From Candidatus Iainarchaeum sp. (GTDB lineage Archaea > Iainarchaeota > Iainarchaeia > Iainarchaeales > JAZDEL01), in the NCBI GenBank assembly GCA_043808785.1, contig JAZDEL010000009.1, positions 1,680 through 65,679 of the forward strand: a DNA stretch of 64,000 nucleotides, in the 5' to 3' direction. The notes below the pieces were generated by a model. The model was not told the origin of the DNA. It searched no databases and saw nothing but the letters and a program-made list of their open reading frames with translations. Of the stretch, positions 55,403-64,000 are shown piece after piece; position 1 is the first letter of the stretch, and the number at the start of each line of letters is the position of its first letter. Position numbers and translations under genes: made by a program.

Positions 55403-58400
55403 GAGGCTGATATTTGCGTTCCTTGCGTTGGCTGCGTTCTCCGCAATTGCCGCTCACGCTGCAGCGGCGGGAACTGATGAAGCCCCGGGCCTTGGTCTGG
55501 ACTGCAATAAGGCCAAGGAAGTCTGGGACGAGATGCGCACCCATCCTTCAGGGAGCATTTATGAGGAACTGCAGGGCTGGATGTCTTATATTTATTGGGA
55601 GAACCAGAGCGCAAAAGCAGGCTCCCCGCTGAGGTGGTGGCTGTTCGGGGGGCAATGCAATTTATTCTGCAATGGCTGCAAATGCATTGAGCGGCCTTTC
55701 TACATGCATTATTACCTCGACGAATGCCCCGACGGCAAAGCGCTGGGCTATCCCGAAGATTATCCGCTATACCCCCCGGACTCCTCGCCATATCCCCCGG
55801 GTTCATCATCCGGGTATCGTATGCCGCACTGCCAGTGGGTCGGGGACGGCGACAGCATCAGCATGGACGGCAAAATTTATTTCATAGATGCGCAGGGCGC
55901 CGAAAAAGAAGCGCAGCCTCTTGAGGGCGAGGGGCCTGCGGATTACTCGGTTTCGCGCATGGGAACCCTGCTCATAAAGGACATAGGAACTTTCAACACA
56001 AGCTGTGTTGATGGGGTGGCAATGCAGGGCGTAACCCCGCCGATGAGGGTTTATGCGAGATACAGGAACTTTGAAAAAGGCCAGTGGGGCGCCTGGCAGG
56101 GCCCTTCGAATAACTACTCCACCGACAGCGACCAGATTTCATGCCACGGCGGGAAATTCCTGAAAACTACGGGGGGAAATTCTTTCGAGGCTTACAGTTT
56201 CGGCAACACGGGATATTATGACGTGAGCGTGCAGTATGCGGTTTACAGCAACGGCGCAAAGTGGCAAGAGTGGAAGAGGCTCACTATTGTTGTGCCGAGC
56301 ATAAGGGCGAAAATAACCGCCCCAAAGGCAGCGCACCTCGGCTTCTTCAAGGAAGAGGGCAAAGAGGGCAAAAAAAGCAAGGATTTCGTCTGGGAAATAG
56401 AGAACACAGGGGAAAGCCCCTTCATGATAAAGGAAGTAACCGCAACAGGCTGCGGAAAGGATGCAGCAGGGAAGGACACAGGCCTTGAATGCAAATTCCC
56501 CGCGTTCGCAAGCGGCACCCTTGTGGAGCCGGGGGCATCATACATGCTTCAGGAGAACGTTTCCGCATCCCGCCCGGCTGCCTCGCCGCAAAAAAAGGAG
56601 TTCGGGATTGATGTGAAGTTTGCGGATGAATTCGGCCTTGACGCGGAGAACATGGGCGAAGTAATCCCCGTGGGGCAGGACTTGATTTTCACTGCAGTCG
56701 GCTATTCGTTCACCCCTTATGAAAAGGGCGGAATAATCGAGAACCTTGCTGCAGGCGAGTATTACCTGCAGGTCTGCACCGATTCGGACAGGGTTGCGGG
56801 GGTTATCGAGCCGATGATAAGCCTTGTTGTCGAATACGATGCGGGGGACGAAAAAAACCCGGACATGCGGGTTGCCAACGCAACCTTCCACGCGAGCGAC
56901 CACTGCAGCGGAGGCAAGTTCTTCTATTATTCGGGCAATGACGGCACAAACACCGCAAAAATCGTGCTGAAAAAGGACCAAAACCTGCACTGGACCCTGC
57001 GCGGCAAGGTCGGCATAGAATCCGCAGGCCCCGGCGCTTACAAGAGCGACTGGGCGAGGATAGGGAAAAAAATAAACAAGGACACGAATTATGTCGAGGG
57101 CTTTGAAGATGTGCTTGACGCGAACATAGGGGCGCAGAAAACCCTTTCAAAAACTTCGGGCCCGCACTCAGGAAAAGTTTCAATAGACGACGGCATAATC
57201 AAGCTCGGCAGCTTCAAGGAACAGGTAAAGATAGGCCCGCCGGCAAACGGCGGCATGGCGCCTATTTCCTACGGGCTCACGGGTGTTGTTATAGGCGGCA
57301 AGCCCTTTACCGGAATTTCATCAAGCTACACAAGCACAATAAGCGACCCTAAAAGGGGCGATATGAATACTTCGCTCTGGATAGATGAGGCAAGCGCGGA
57401 TGTTTTCGCAAGCACGCAATATTACAAGGTCAAGGAGGACGCGAAGCAAAATGCGGAACTCGCCCTCCTATGGCTCGACAGGGAGCAGTTTGTAATAAGG
57501 GTCGGGAGCGGGCAGGCGGGGGTGTGCCATGATGCCGCGGGCACGGCGGGCTTCAGCGGCTCCGCCGCCGTGCCAAGGGTGAACTACAACTGGAGCTGGG
57601 ATTCCATAGGTGCGAACGGGTGCGACGCGGGCAACGACAATTACATATACTGCGACGCAACGCAGTTCGGAATAGAGCTTGTGCAGAGGCTCAATGCGAT
57701 AAAGGAGCTGACGAAGGGCGGGGGCACGGAGCTTGATGCGGAGTCTCTCGAGGAACTGAAGGGGCTTATGCACTTCCAGGTTTACCTCATGCGCGACGCA
57801 TTCACGGATGATTTCAGGAAGGACTTTGACAATTACATGAATTCCTCGGTTTTCGCCGACACGCCGAGTTATTACACGCAGGGCTGGTCGAAATATTTCA
57901 CGGACAAGGGGCGCCTTGTTTTCGATGTGGCGGATGCCGCGGACACTACGCTGCGCACCCCCGGCCTGTACAATGTCGACATATCCCTCGAATTCCCGAA
58001 ACTGCAGGATTATGTCTTCTTCCTTGGAGAGGAGCCGAACGCGGAAATAAAAGTGCTCTTCACAAAGCTGCCATTCGCGGGCGGGGCTGAAAGCGCCGCG
58101 AGCGTCCTCTACTACCTCCCCTTCGATGCAGGGCTAGGCCTTAACCCAAGCACGGGAAAGTTCGAGCGCGAAGGATATGGGGTCGGGTTCGGCGGTGATA
58201 CCGTGCCCCTGAGCCTTTCAACCGCGGGAGGGGGCGCGCTCGTAGAAACAATCCCCGCGGACAAGACAAAGGGGCCGCTTGTTAACCTTGCTGTGGCGGA
58301 GATATCGGACTTCGATTACCTGCAGAAGCAGAAGAGCGGCAGCGTGCTCGGCATAGAGCGCGTGAAAGAAGGGGAATACAAAATGGAATACAGCCCCAGT

Positions 58401-59009
58401 TATGCAACCCCCGTGATTATGGAGGCCTGGGCGGATGCGGGAACCGCTGGGGCGTTCTACAGGATAGAGGAGGGCAATGAAATCCTCGGCAAGGATGGCG
58501 GTTACTTGTCCTACTGGAGGGCGATTGCCGAGAACATAAGCGACGGCAAGGAGTGCGCGGATTATGCGGGTGAGGAACTGCCGTACGCAAAGGCGGATTA
58601 CCCCGCATCTTCGGGCGATGCATGCAAGCTTTCGGTGCAGGATGCGGGGGGAACATTCGGCCTTGCATGGGAGACAGGACTTGCAGGGAAAATTTACCTT
58701 GAATCCGTTTTCTACACCCCGCTGAACAGTTCCATGGCGCTTGCAAACGCCTGCTCCTCGACAGGCAGGTTCTATTCGAAACTGAACCGCGCGGACCCGG
58801 GTTCCGCAAGCAGGGCGCTCAGCCTTAAGGGCTACGGCCAGGACTACGGCTCGGTGCAGGGCATGCTGCAGGGAATAAAAGCGGGGGAGCTCTGCGCAAC
58901 CTCCGGCGGGGAGCACTTCGACGTCTGGTGGAACGCGGGAAAATTGAGCGAGGAAATGCGCAATGCGATGTCCGACAAGAGCCCGGTTGCCGACCCCTGC
59001 CCGCACTAA
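55386..59009 (+). CDS. Large secreted Cys-rich protein (1207 aa)
   Basis: Signal MRSLGKRLIFAFLALAAFSAIAAHAAAA. Many paired Cys residues. No catalytic motif recognised. Confidence 0.65.
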   Translation: MRSLGKRLIFAFLALAAFSAIAAHAAAAGTDEAPGLGLDCNKAKEVWDEMRTHPSGSIYEELQGWMSYIYWENQSAKAGSPLRWWLFGGQCNLFCNGCKCIERPFYMHYYLDECPDGKALGYPEDYPLYPPDSSPYPPGSSSGYRMPHCQWVGDGDSISMDGKIYFIDAQGAEKEAQPLEGEGPADYSVSRMGTLLIKDIGTFNTSCVDGVAMQGVTPPMRVYARYRNFEKGQWGAWQGPSNNYSTDSDQISCHGGKFLKTTGGNSFEAYSFGNTGYYDVSVQYAVYSNGAKWQEWKRLTIVVPSIRAKITAPKAAHLGFFKEEGKEGKKSKDFVWEIENTGESPFMIKEVTATGCGKDAAGKDTGLECKFPAFASGTLVEPGASYMLQENVSASRPAASPQKKEFGIDVKFADEFGLDAENMGEVIPVGQDLIFTAVGYSFTPYEKGGIIENLAAGEYYLQVCTDSDRVAGVIEPMISLVVEYDAGDEKNPDMRVANATFHASDHCSGGKFFYYSGNDGTNTAKIVLKKDQNLHWTLRGKVGIESAGPGAYKSDWARIGKKINKDTNYVEGFEDVLDANIGAQKTLSKTSGPHSGKVSIDDGIIKLGSFKEQVKIGPPANGGMAPISYGLTGVVIGGKPFTGISSSYTSTISDPKRGDMNTSLWIDEASADVFASTQYYKVKEDAKQNAELALLWLDREQFVIRVGSGQAGVCHDAAGTAGFSGSAAVPRVNYNWSWDSIGANGCDAGNDNYIYCDATQFGIELVQRLNAIKELTKGGGTELDAESLEELKGLMHFQVYLMRDAFTDDFRKDFDNYMNSSVFADTPSYYTQGWSKYFTDKGRLVFDVADAADTTLRTPGLYNVDISLEFPKLQDYVFFLGEEPNAEIKVLFTKLPFAGGAESAASVLYYLPFDAGLGLNPSTGKFEREGYGVGFGGDTVPLSLSTAGGGALVETIPADKTKGPLVNLAVAEISDFDYLQKQKSGSVLGIERVKEGEYKMEYSPSYATPVIMEAWADAGTAGAFYRIEEGNEILGKDGGYLSYWRAIAENISDGKECADYAGEELPYAKADYPASSGDACKLSVQDAGGTFGLAWETGLAGKIYLESVFYTPLNSSMALANACSSTGRFYSKLNRADPGSASRALSLKGYGQDYGSVQGMLQGIKAGELCATSGGEHFDVWWNAGKLSEEMRNAMSDKSPVADPCPH

Positions 59010-59282
59010 ATGAAAGGTCGGTTAAAGAATAGGCATAATTGAAATCGGCATCAAGGGGCTGCGGAAAAAATCGCGAAAGAGGCAAACCAGGGATCTGCTC
59101 GGCCTTTGAAAAAAAGCCGGCGAAAAGAATTCGCAATGCAGTGTGGCTTGCCTCCTCAACTCCCAATACTTTACGCATTGTGCCTGGATGTTTTTAAATA
59201 CCTTTTCACACGGGCAAAAAGAGTTTTTGTGTTTTCGGGTGTCCGCAACATTTAAATACATCCGCGGCGATATGTTGGAAGT

Positions 59283-59681
59283 ATGGGCATCCTTGAACAG
59301 CCGGCTTTTGCATGCGCGGGCAATGCCGCAAATTATGCGGGCACAATGACGCTGGCGACCATATGGCTTTTGCAGCTTCTCTTTGCGGCGATTTATTTCT
59401 CCACGATAAAAACAAAAATCTCGCGCAGGCTGCTGACCTCCATAACCGTTGCGAACATAATACTCATGCCGGGCATTGTTGTCCTGCCCTCGCTGTTCTC
59501 GTACGCGCTTCCGGCATCCGTGATGCTTGCGTTGGTGCCGGTTGCCGTAATCGCGGAATCCCTGCTCATTTTCCTGCCGAACAGGGATGTAATTACGCTT
59601 GAAAAATCGTTCATGTTCAGCGTAACCATAAGCTTCATCTCGTTCGTTCCGTTCGTATTCGCGATGAACTTCCTGTGCTGA
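59283..59681 (+). CDS. Polytopic small membrane protein
   Basis: 132 aa with 4 hydrophobic helices. Two TTTAAATAC TATA-like boxes upstream (59193, 59248). Confidence 0.4.
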   Translation: MGILEQPAFACAGNAANYAGTMTLATIWLLQLLFAAIYFSTIKTKISRRLLTSITVANIILMPGIVVLPSLFSYALPASVMLALVPVAVIAESLLIFLPNRDVITLEKSFMFSVTISFISFVPFVFAMNFLC

Positions 59682-59762
59682 GAACCCTCCCCGCAGATCC
59701 TGCAGTAACCTTTTTATACCAGTTCGAACCTCATTTAGGCATCAGCGCGTTGCTACTATGAA

Positions 59763-60461
59763 GTGGTGCTCTTGGAAGAACTGATTGAACTCGCAAAAAA
59801 ACTCGGCCTGAACGAGTACGAATCAAAGGCATATGTGGCGCTTTCAAAACTCGGCTCCGCCCCTGTCTCGCAGGTTAGCAGGCACGGTGCAATTCCGAGG
59901 GCACGCGTTTATGACGTGCTTGCAAGCCTTGACAGCAAGGGTTTTGCGGTGAAAAAGCCCACAAAGCCCGTGGAGTATGCCGCACTTCCCCCCTCCGCAG
60001 CGCTTAAGAACCTGCACGAAAGGAAGAGGCAGGAATTGGACAGCAGCCTTAAGGAACTTGAAAAGGTCTGCATTATGCTCGAGCGCAAGGCATCCTCGGG
60101 CGTAAAGCCTGGCGTGAATGAAGGAGGTGCCTGGAGCCTGCAGGGCGGCAGGCGCAATATTTACGAAAAAATACTGCAGGAACTCGCAAATGCCGAGCAG
60201 GCGGTCCTATTCTGTACGACCCCCAAGGGCATTAAGAGAAAAAACGGCGCCTTTGGGCATAAATTGGAAGCGCTTTCAAAGAAGGGCGTGAAGGTAAGCT
60301 TTGCAAAGCACCCCAATGCAAGGTTTGTGGTGTTCGACAAGAGCAGTGCAGTGCTTTTCCTTGACCCTGACAGGGGCAGCGGTGATGAGGAACGCGCGCT
60401 GCTTATAAAAAGCCCCTATATTGCGGGTTATTTGTGCTCGACCCTGAAAAAGCAGGGTTAA
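59763..60461 (+). CDS. TrmB-family transcriptional regulator
   Basis: N-terminal wHTH LGLNEYESKAYVALSKLGSAPVSQVSRHGAIPRARVYDVLASLDSKGFAV, plus a C-terminal sensor-like domain. Confidence 0.75.
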   Translation: MVLLEELIELAKKLGLNEYESKAYVALSKLGSAPVSQVSRHGAIPRARVYDVLASLDSKGFAVKKPTKPVEYAALPPSAALKNLHERKRQELDSSLKELEKVCIMLERKASSGVKPGVNEGGAWSLQGGRRNIYEKILQELANAEQAVLFCTTPKGIKRKNGAFGHKLEALSKKGVKVSFAKHPNARFVVFDKSSAVLFLDPDRGSGDEERALLIKSPYIAGYLCSTLKKQG

Positions 60462-60574
60462 CCCGCTTTGGCATTTTGGGGGGCGAGTGTAAAAACATTC
60501 CTGCAGGGCGCGGGTTTTCCCGCCCTCTGCAGCAAAAAGAAACTGTTTGCAATGGCGCTTATTGCCGGGAATGG

Positions 60575-63500
60575 TTATTTCCTTCCCTTCCTGCGCTTTG
60601 CACTTCTGCCCGATGCCTTTCTCGCCCTCTTTGCCGGCTTCTCTATTTCCTCAAGCACCGAGAACATCGGCACAGGCGCCTCTTCCTTGGGTTTCCTTAT
60701 TGCGCTGACCGCTGCGAAAACAACGAGCGCCACAACTATGAGCAGCAGCACAAGTATTACTATGTTCTGCATGCTCACAAGGCTTACAAGGCCGGTGCCT
60801 ATTGCTACAGGCTCGGCCTCGGTTTCATTTCCCGCGCCTTCCGCAGACTTTCCGAGTTCCACTGTTATGTCCCTTATGAAAGTGCCCTCGTTGGTTTTGA
60901 AAACCACGGGCACTATCGCCCTTGCAGCGCTGAAATCTTCGGGCAGGTCGAGGTACATGGTAACCTTTGTGGACGAATTCGCCTCTATAGTTGTGCTTTC
61001 CACATTGAATACCGCGCTGTAGGACATCGCCTCCGCGGAAGTTATCATCAGGGTTTTTGTCGAGTTGTTGTTCAGTTCGAAACTTACAACAGCGTCAACA
61101 GCGCCCTCCTTCTTCATCTCGTCAAGCCTGACGCCGCTGACCTTTATGTCGACAACTTCCTCCTTCACTTCCCTGCCCTTTATGTTGAGCTTTATTTCCG
61201 CAGTGGACACAAACCCGCGGTCCGTCTTTGCAGTTATTTCTATAGTGCCCTCCTCAGGGGTTATGTCAGCGGGCGGGCTTATTATGAAGTAAACATCAGT
61301 CCTCTCGCCCTTTCCCAGCTTTACCTTGGCCCGGTCTGGGTAAGCCCAGCCCTTGTTAAAGCTCAGGGTTACTTCCTGCGCAACCACGCCGCGGTTCTCC
61401 AGCGAGAGAACCTGCTTTGTACCCTCGCATTCCGCTACATCGAGCCTGTACTTCATTATTATCAGGTCCACACCGAAGCAGCTCGCTTCGCTGAGGTAGT
61501 TTATGGGTTTCTTCTCCGTAGCCTTGGAGTGCGCGGATTCGGCAGTTGCCTGCATCTCCGCTTCCGAAGCGTCATTTGGCACATTCACGGTTATGGGCAC
61601 AAGTGCCGAGCCCATTCCGTCTATGCTTACCTTTCCCTCGGCCTTAACCCACTTCGGCAGGATGCTCAGCGAGAGTTCCTGCTTTTTGGTCCCGAGGTTA
61701 TTTATCGCTATGGAGTTTGTTGATGCAACGCCCCTGCATACGTTAAGTTCGGGCGGCAGGAGCAGTATGTTGTAGCAGTCCTCCACGCCGAGCGTGTACC
61801 CCTTTGAGAGCATCGCTTTGTCCGCGCTGACCTTTACAGTGAACGCCTTCTGCACAGGCGTTGCCAGCTCTATATTGAGCTTCTTCGCGAGCCCGCTGAA
61901 AACCGCAGACAGGCTGTCCGCGCTTTTCACATCATAATATTCCCCGCCCGTGGTTTCCACAATCTGCTTGAGCTGTGCCATGCCTTCCTGGTCTATGTCG
62001 AAGCCTATCGCATAAACAACTATTCCCTTCCCCTTGAGCCTTTTTGCCGCGTCGGCAACATTGCCCTTGCATGTTTCCTTGCCGTCGCTCACAAGTATGA
62101 CGTATTTGCTTGCGGCTCCCGCTTTGAAGTCCGATGCAGCGCCGTCAAGCGCGTTAGCCAAGGGTGTCTTTCCCCTGGGGCTCATGCCCTCTATTTTGTC
62201 GGTAATCTTCGCTATGTCGAGCTTTGAAACAGGAACAAGCAGCTGCGAAGCCTCGCATGCAGCGCCCTGCCCGAAAACCCTGAGGCCGAGCTGGACTTCG
62301 GTTATGCTGTTTGCGAACGAAACTATCGCGTTCTTTGCCGCGTCCATCTTGTTGTGCGAGTTTATGCTCTCGACCATGCTGCCGCTCGAGTCCATAAGTA
62401 TCTCGATGGCAATGTCGTTCCTCGACACCTTTGCCCCTTCCTCATAGCCCGAGGTTCCGAGGCTTGCGGTGAATGCCGCCTTTTCGCCCGCCTTCAGCGA
62501 AAATTCCTGCCCGCTGAGCGAAGCGTTTATGCCCTCTACGCTTACCCTTGCATCAACATCCTTTGTGCCCGTGTTCCTGAGCTCAAAGCTGTACTTTGCC
62601 CCTTCCTCAGCGCACGCGTTTTCCGCGCCGCCTGTTTTCTCGAGCGTTATGCCGTAGCAGTCGCTGAGCGTGAATTTGAATGTCTCCGTTGCCGTGTAAT
62701 CGAACTTGCCGGATTTGGCGATTATGCTTATCTCATAATCCCCTGCCCTTTCCGAGGTTTCCCTGAAATCAAGCCTTGCCTTTTTGCTCTGCCCGGCGCC
62801 GAGCGCAAACTCCTTTTCGCTGAGGCCGACCCATGAGGGTGCGCTCATCCCGAGCTTCACTATATCGTCCATCTTTCCGCTGTTTGTAATCTCGATCTCC
62901 GCGCTTGTGGCTTCCTCGAGGCATGCCTCGTGGCTGCCTGCAGCGCCTATGCCTATCTCGAACTCCTGCCCCTGCCCGAGCACGTACTGCGCGCTGTCCG
63001 CGGAGAAGAAATTCGGGTTCTGCAGGTATGCAACCGCATCAAAACTGTAAGTGCCGAGTTTTGCGTCGCACGGCGCCTGCACCCTAAGGTTCGTGTGTTC
63101 GGGCGTTCCCTTTGCGACCATGAAATCGGTTTTGCCGAGCGTGAACCATCCGCTGTCAAGGCCGTTCAGCCCGAGCCTTACGCTCTCCCTCAGCTGGTTG
63201 GGTATGAGCGAGCGGTTTGTAAGCTTAACATCGTATTCCTTCGCCTCGCACTGCGTGGCGTTCTGCTTTGTAGGGGTTATATCCACATCCACAAAGTGCC
63301 CCTGCTTGATGTTTATGTTGCAGGTTACCCTTGCCGAGATGTCGTTCTTTACCACAATATCCGTCTTGTAACTGCCCGGTTCCGCGTAGCAGTCCGCGAT
63401 GGTGTAAACGCGCAGTTCCCTGCACTCGTTCTTCGCAAGCGTTACAGTCGAGGGGATTATGTTTACCCACTGGGCTATCGGGCCCTCGGCGTATGTCTTG

Positions 63501-63670
63501 TAAGTGTGCGTCACGCCCGAATCGTTGCAGAGCTTGAGGTTATTCACGGAAAGTTCGCACTGCACGCTCGTGCTCGAGCATTCGCCCTCAAGCGATGCAG
63601 CCCTCGCTATTCCGCCGAAAACCAGCAGTATAAACCCCAGGATTACAAGCCTTTTGTCCATGTTTTCCAC
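60575..63670 (-). CDS. Large surface protein (1031 aa) with a signal peptide, a von Willebrand factor A domain and a C-terminal TM anchor plus Lys/Arg tail
   Basis: Signal MENMDKRLVILGFILLVFGGIARAAS. vWA domain with a MIDAS motif (ILMDSSGSM...VILVSDGKET...AIGFD). C-terminus ...ILVLLLIVVALVVFAAVSAIRKPKEE...KRRKGRK. SD GAGGTGG before the ATG. Confidence 0.8.
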   Translation of the reverse strand: MENMDKRLVILGFILLVFGGIARAASLEGECSSTSVQCELSVNNLKLCNDSGVTHTYKTYAEGPIAQWVNIIPSTVTLAKNECRELRVYTIADCYAEPGSYKTDIVVKNDISARVTCNINIKQGHFVDVDITPTKQNATQCEAKEYDVKLTNRSLIPNQLRESVRLGLNGLDSGWFTLGKTDFMVAKGTPEHTNLRVQAPCDAKLGTYSFDAVAYLQNPNFFSADSAQYVLGQGQEFEIGIGAAGSHEACLEEATSAEIEITNSGKMDDIVKLGMSAPSWVGLSEKEFALGAGQSKKARLDFRETSERAGDYEISIIAKSGKFDYTATETFKFTLSDCYGITLEKTGGAENACAEEGAKYSFELRNTGTKDVDARVSVEGINASLSGQEFSLKAGEKAAFTASLGTSGYEEGAKVSRNDIAIEILMDSSGSMVESINSHNKMDAAKNAIVSFANSITEVQLGLRVFGQGAACEASQLLVPVSKLDIAKITDKIEGMSPRGKTPLANALDGAASDFKAGAASKYVILVSDGKETCKGNVADAAKRLKGKGIVVYAIGFDIDQEGMAQLKQIVETTGGEYYDVKSADSLSAVFSGLAKKLNIELATPVQKAFTVKVSADKAMLSKGYTLGVEDCYNILLLPPELNVCRGVASTNSIAINNLGTKKQELSLSILPKWVKAEGKVSIDGMGSALVPITVNVPNDASEAEMQATAESAHSKATEKKPINYLSEASCFGVDLIIMKYRLDVAECEGTKQVLSLENRGVVAQEVTLSFNKGWAYPDRAKVKLGKGERTDVYFIISPPADITPEEGTIEITAKTDRGFVSTAEIKLNIKGREVKEEVVDIKVSGVRLDEMKKEGAVDAVVSFELNNNSTKTLMITSAEAMSYSAVFNVESTTIEANSSTKVTMYLDLPEDFSAARAIVPVVFKTNEGTFIRDITVELGKSAEGAGNETEAEPVAIGTGLVSLVSMQNIVILVLLLIVVALVVFAAVSAIRKPKEEAPVPMFSVLEEIEKPAKRARKASGRSAKRRKGRK

Positions 63671-63747
63671 CTCAAGCTTTGTTTTTTCAGTTTCGCCCTT
63701 TGTTTTTCTGTTTGTTCGCCCTTTGTTTTTTTCAGTTTTTTGGAACC

Positions 63748-64000
63748 TTACCTCGCCCTGACCATAATCCTTCTAGGCAGGCCATACCCTGTTTTTTTGT
63801 TACTTCCAAGTAGTAAAACTAGATAAATTATGGTCAGTAACATTAATATAGCTAACCCTGCGCCCAAAACTGCGGGGTTTGCGAGGTTCAGGAAACCCGT
63901 AATTCCCGCGGGGAGCCATCCGTTTCCGCCGCCCTGGCCTGTTGAATTTCCCCCGGTGCTTCCGCTGCCCGCACCCTGGCTTCCGCCAGCGCCGCCCCGG
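63748..64000 (-). CDS. C-terminal end of another surface protein (N-terminus beyond the window end): Gly/Ser-rich linker, TM anchor and basic tail
   Basis: Reverse-strand translation ...GGAGGSQGAGSGSTGGNSTGQGGGNGWLPAGITGFLNLANPAVLGAGLAILMLLTIIYLVLLLGSNKKTGYGLPRRIMVRAR*. Same C-terminal architecture as its neighbours. Confidence 0.5.
   Translation of the reverse strand, partial: RGGAGGSQGAGSGSTGGNSTGQGGGNGWLPAGITGFLNLANPAVLGAGLAILMLLTIIYLVLLLGSNKKTGYGLPRRIMVRAR

Noticed and set aside
60434-61723. 429-aa plus-strand ORF 60434..61723 and other plus-strand ORFs 61065..63826
   Set aside because: They are antisense to the 1031-aa vWA surface-protein gene, which has an SD, a signal peptide, a MIDAS motif and a C-terminal anchor. 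The plus-strand translations are Arg/Cys/His-rich nonsense.

Overview
This window reads as an archaeal chromosomal segment of about 57-60% GC. The evidence is archaeal-type AlaRS and LeuRS, BRE/TATA-like promoters and an intron-containing tRNA.

Most of the window is housekeeping: alaS, leuS and argS; carA/carB plus argF for arginine synthesis; purF; a tdh-kbl threonine-degradation pair; rpe; and a HIT hydrolase. There are four tRNAs (Arg-TCT with an intron, Leu-GAG, Ser-GGA, Ser-TGA) and a compact RNase P RNA. Small accessory islets sit between these genes.

The accessory content is:
- a copper P-type ATPase with an HMA-domain membrane partner and a membrane-anchored wHTH regulator;
- RelE/antitoxin and VapBC toxin-antitoxin pairs, plus an orphan PIN/RHH pair;
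- a frameshifted PIN gene;
- two tandem paralogous methyltransferase-like genes;
- a lower-GC pair of an FGase-like gene and a GCS2 carboxylate-amine ligase;
- a region of about 15 kb (49.8-64 kb), plus a 1750-aa triple-repeat protein at 38-43 kb, encoding giant secreted or surface proteins next to a TrmB regulator.

Three things stand out.
1. A conserved structured RNA module of about 100-140 nt occurs four times, each copy starting 3-5 nt after the 3' end of a stable RNA gene (rnpB and three tRNAs). Compensatory base changes support a conserved hairpin.
2. carB carries a 39-nt in-frame insertion with a TGA stop. The insertion folds into a bulge-helix hairpin, so it is a candidate archaeal mRNA mini-intron.
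3. A free-standing double-motif LAGLIDADG protein is translationally coupled between carA and carB.

No CRISPR array or transposase was seen.
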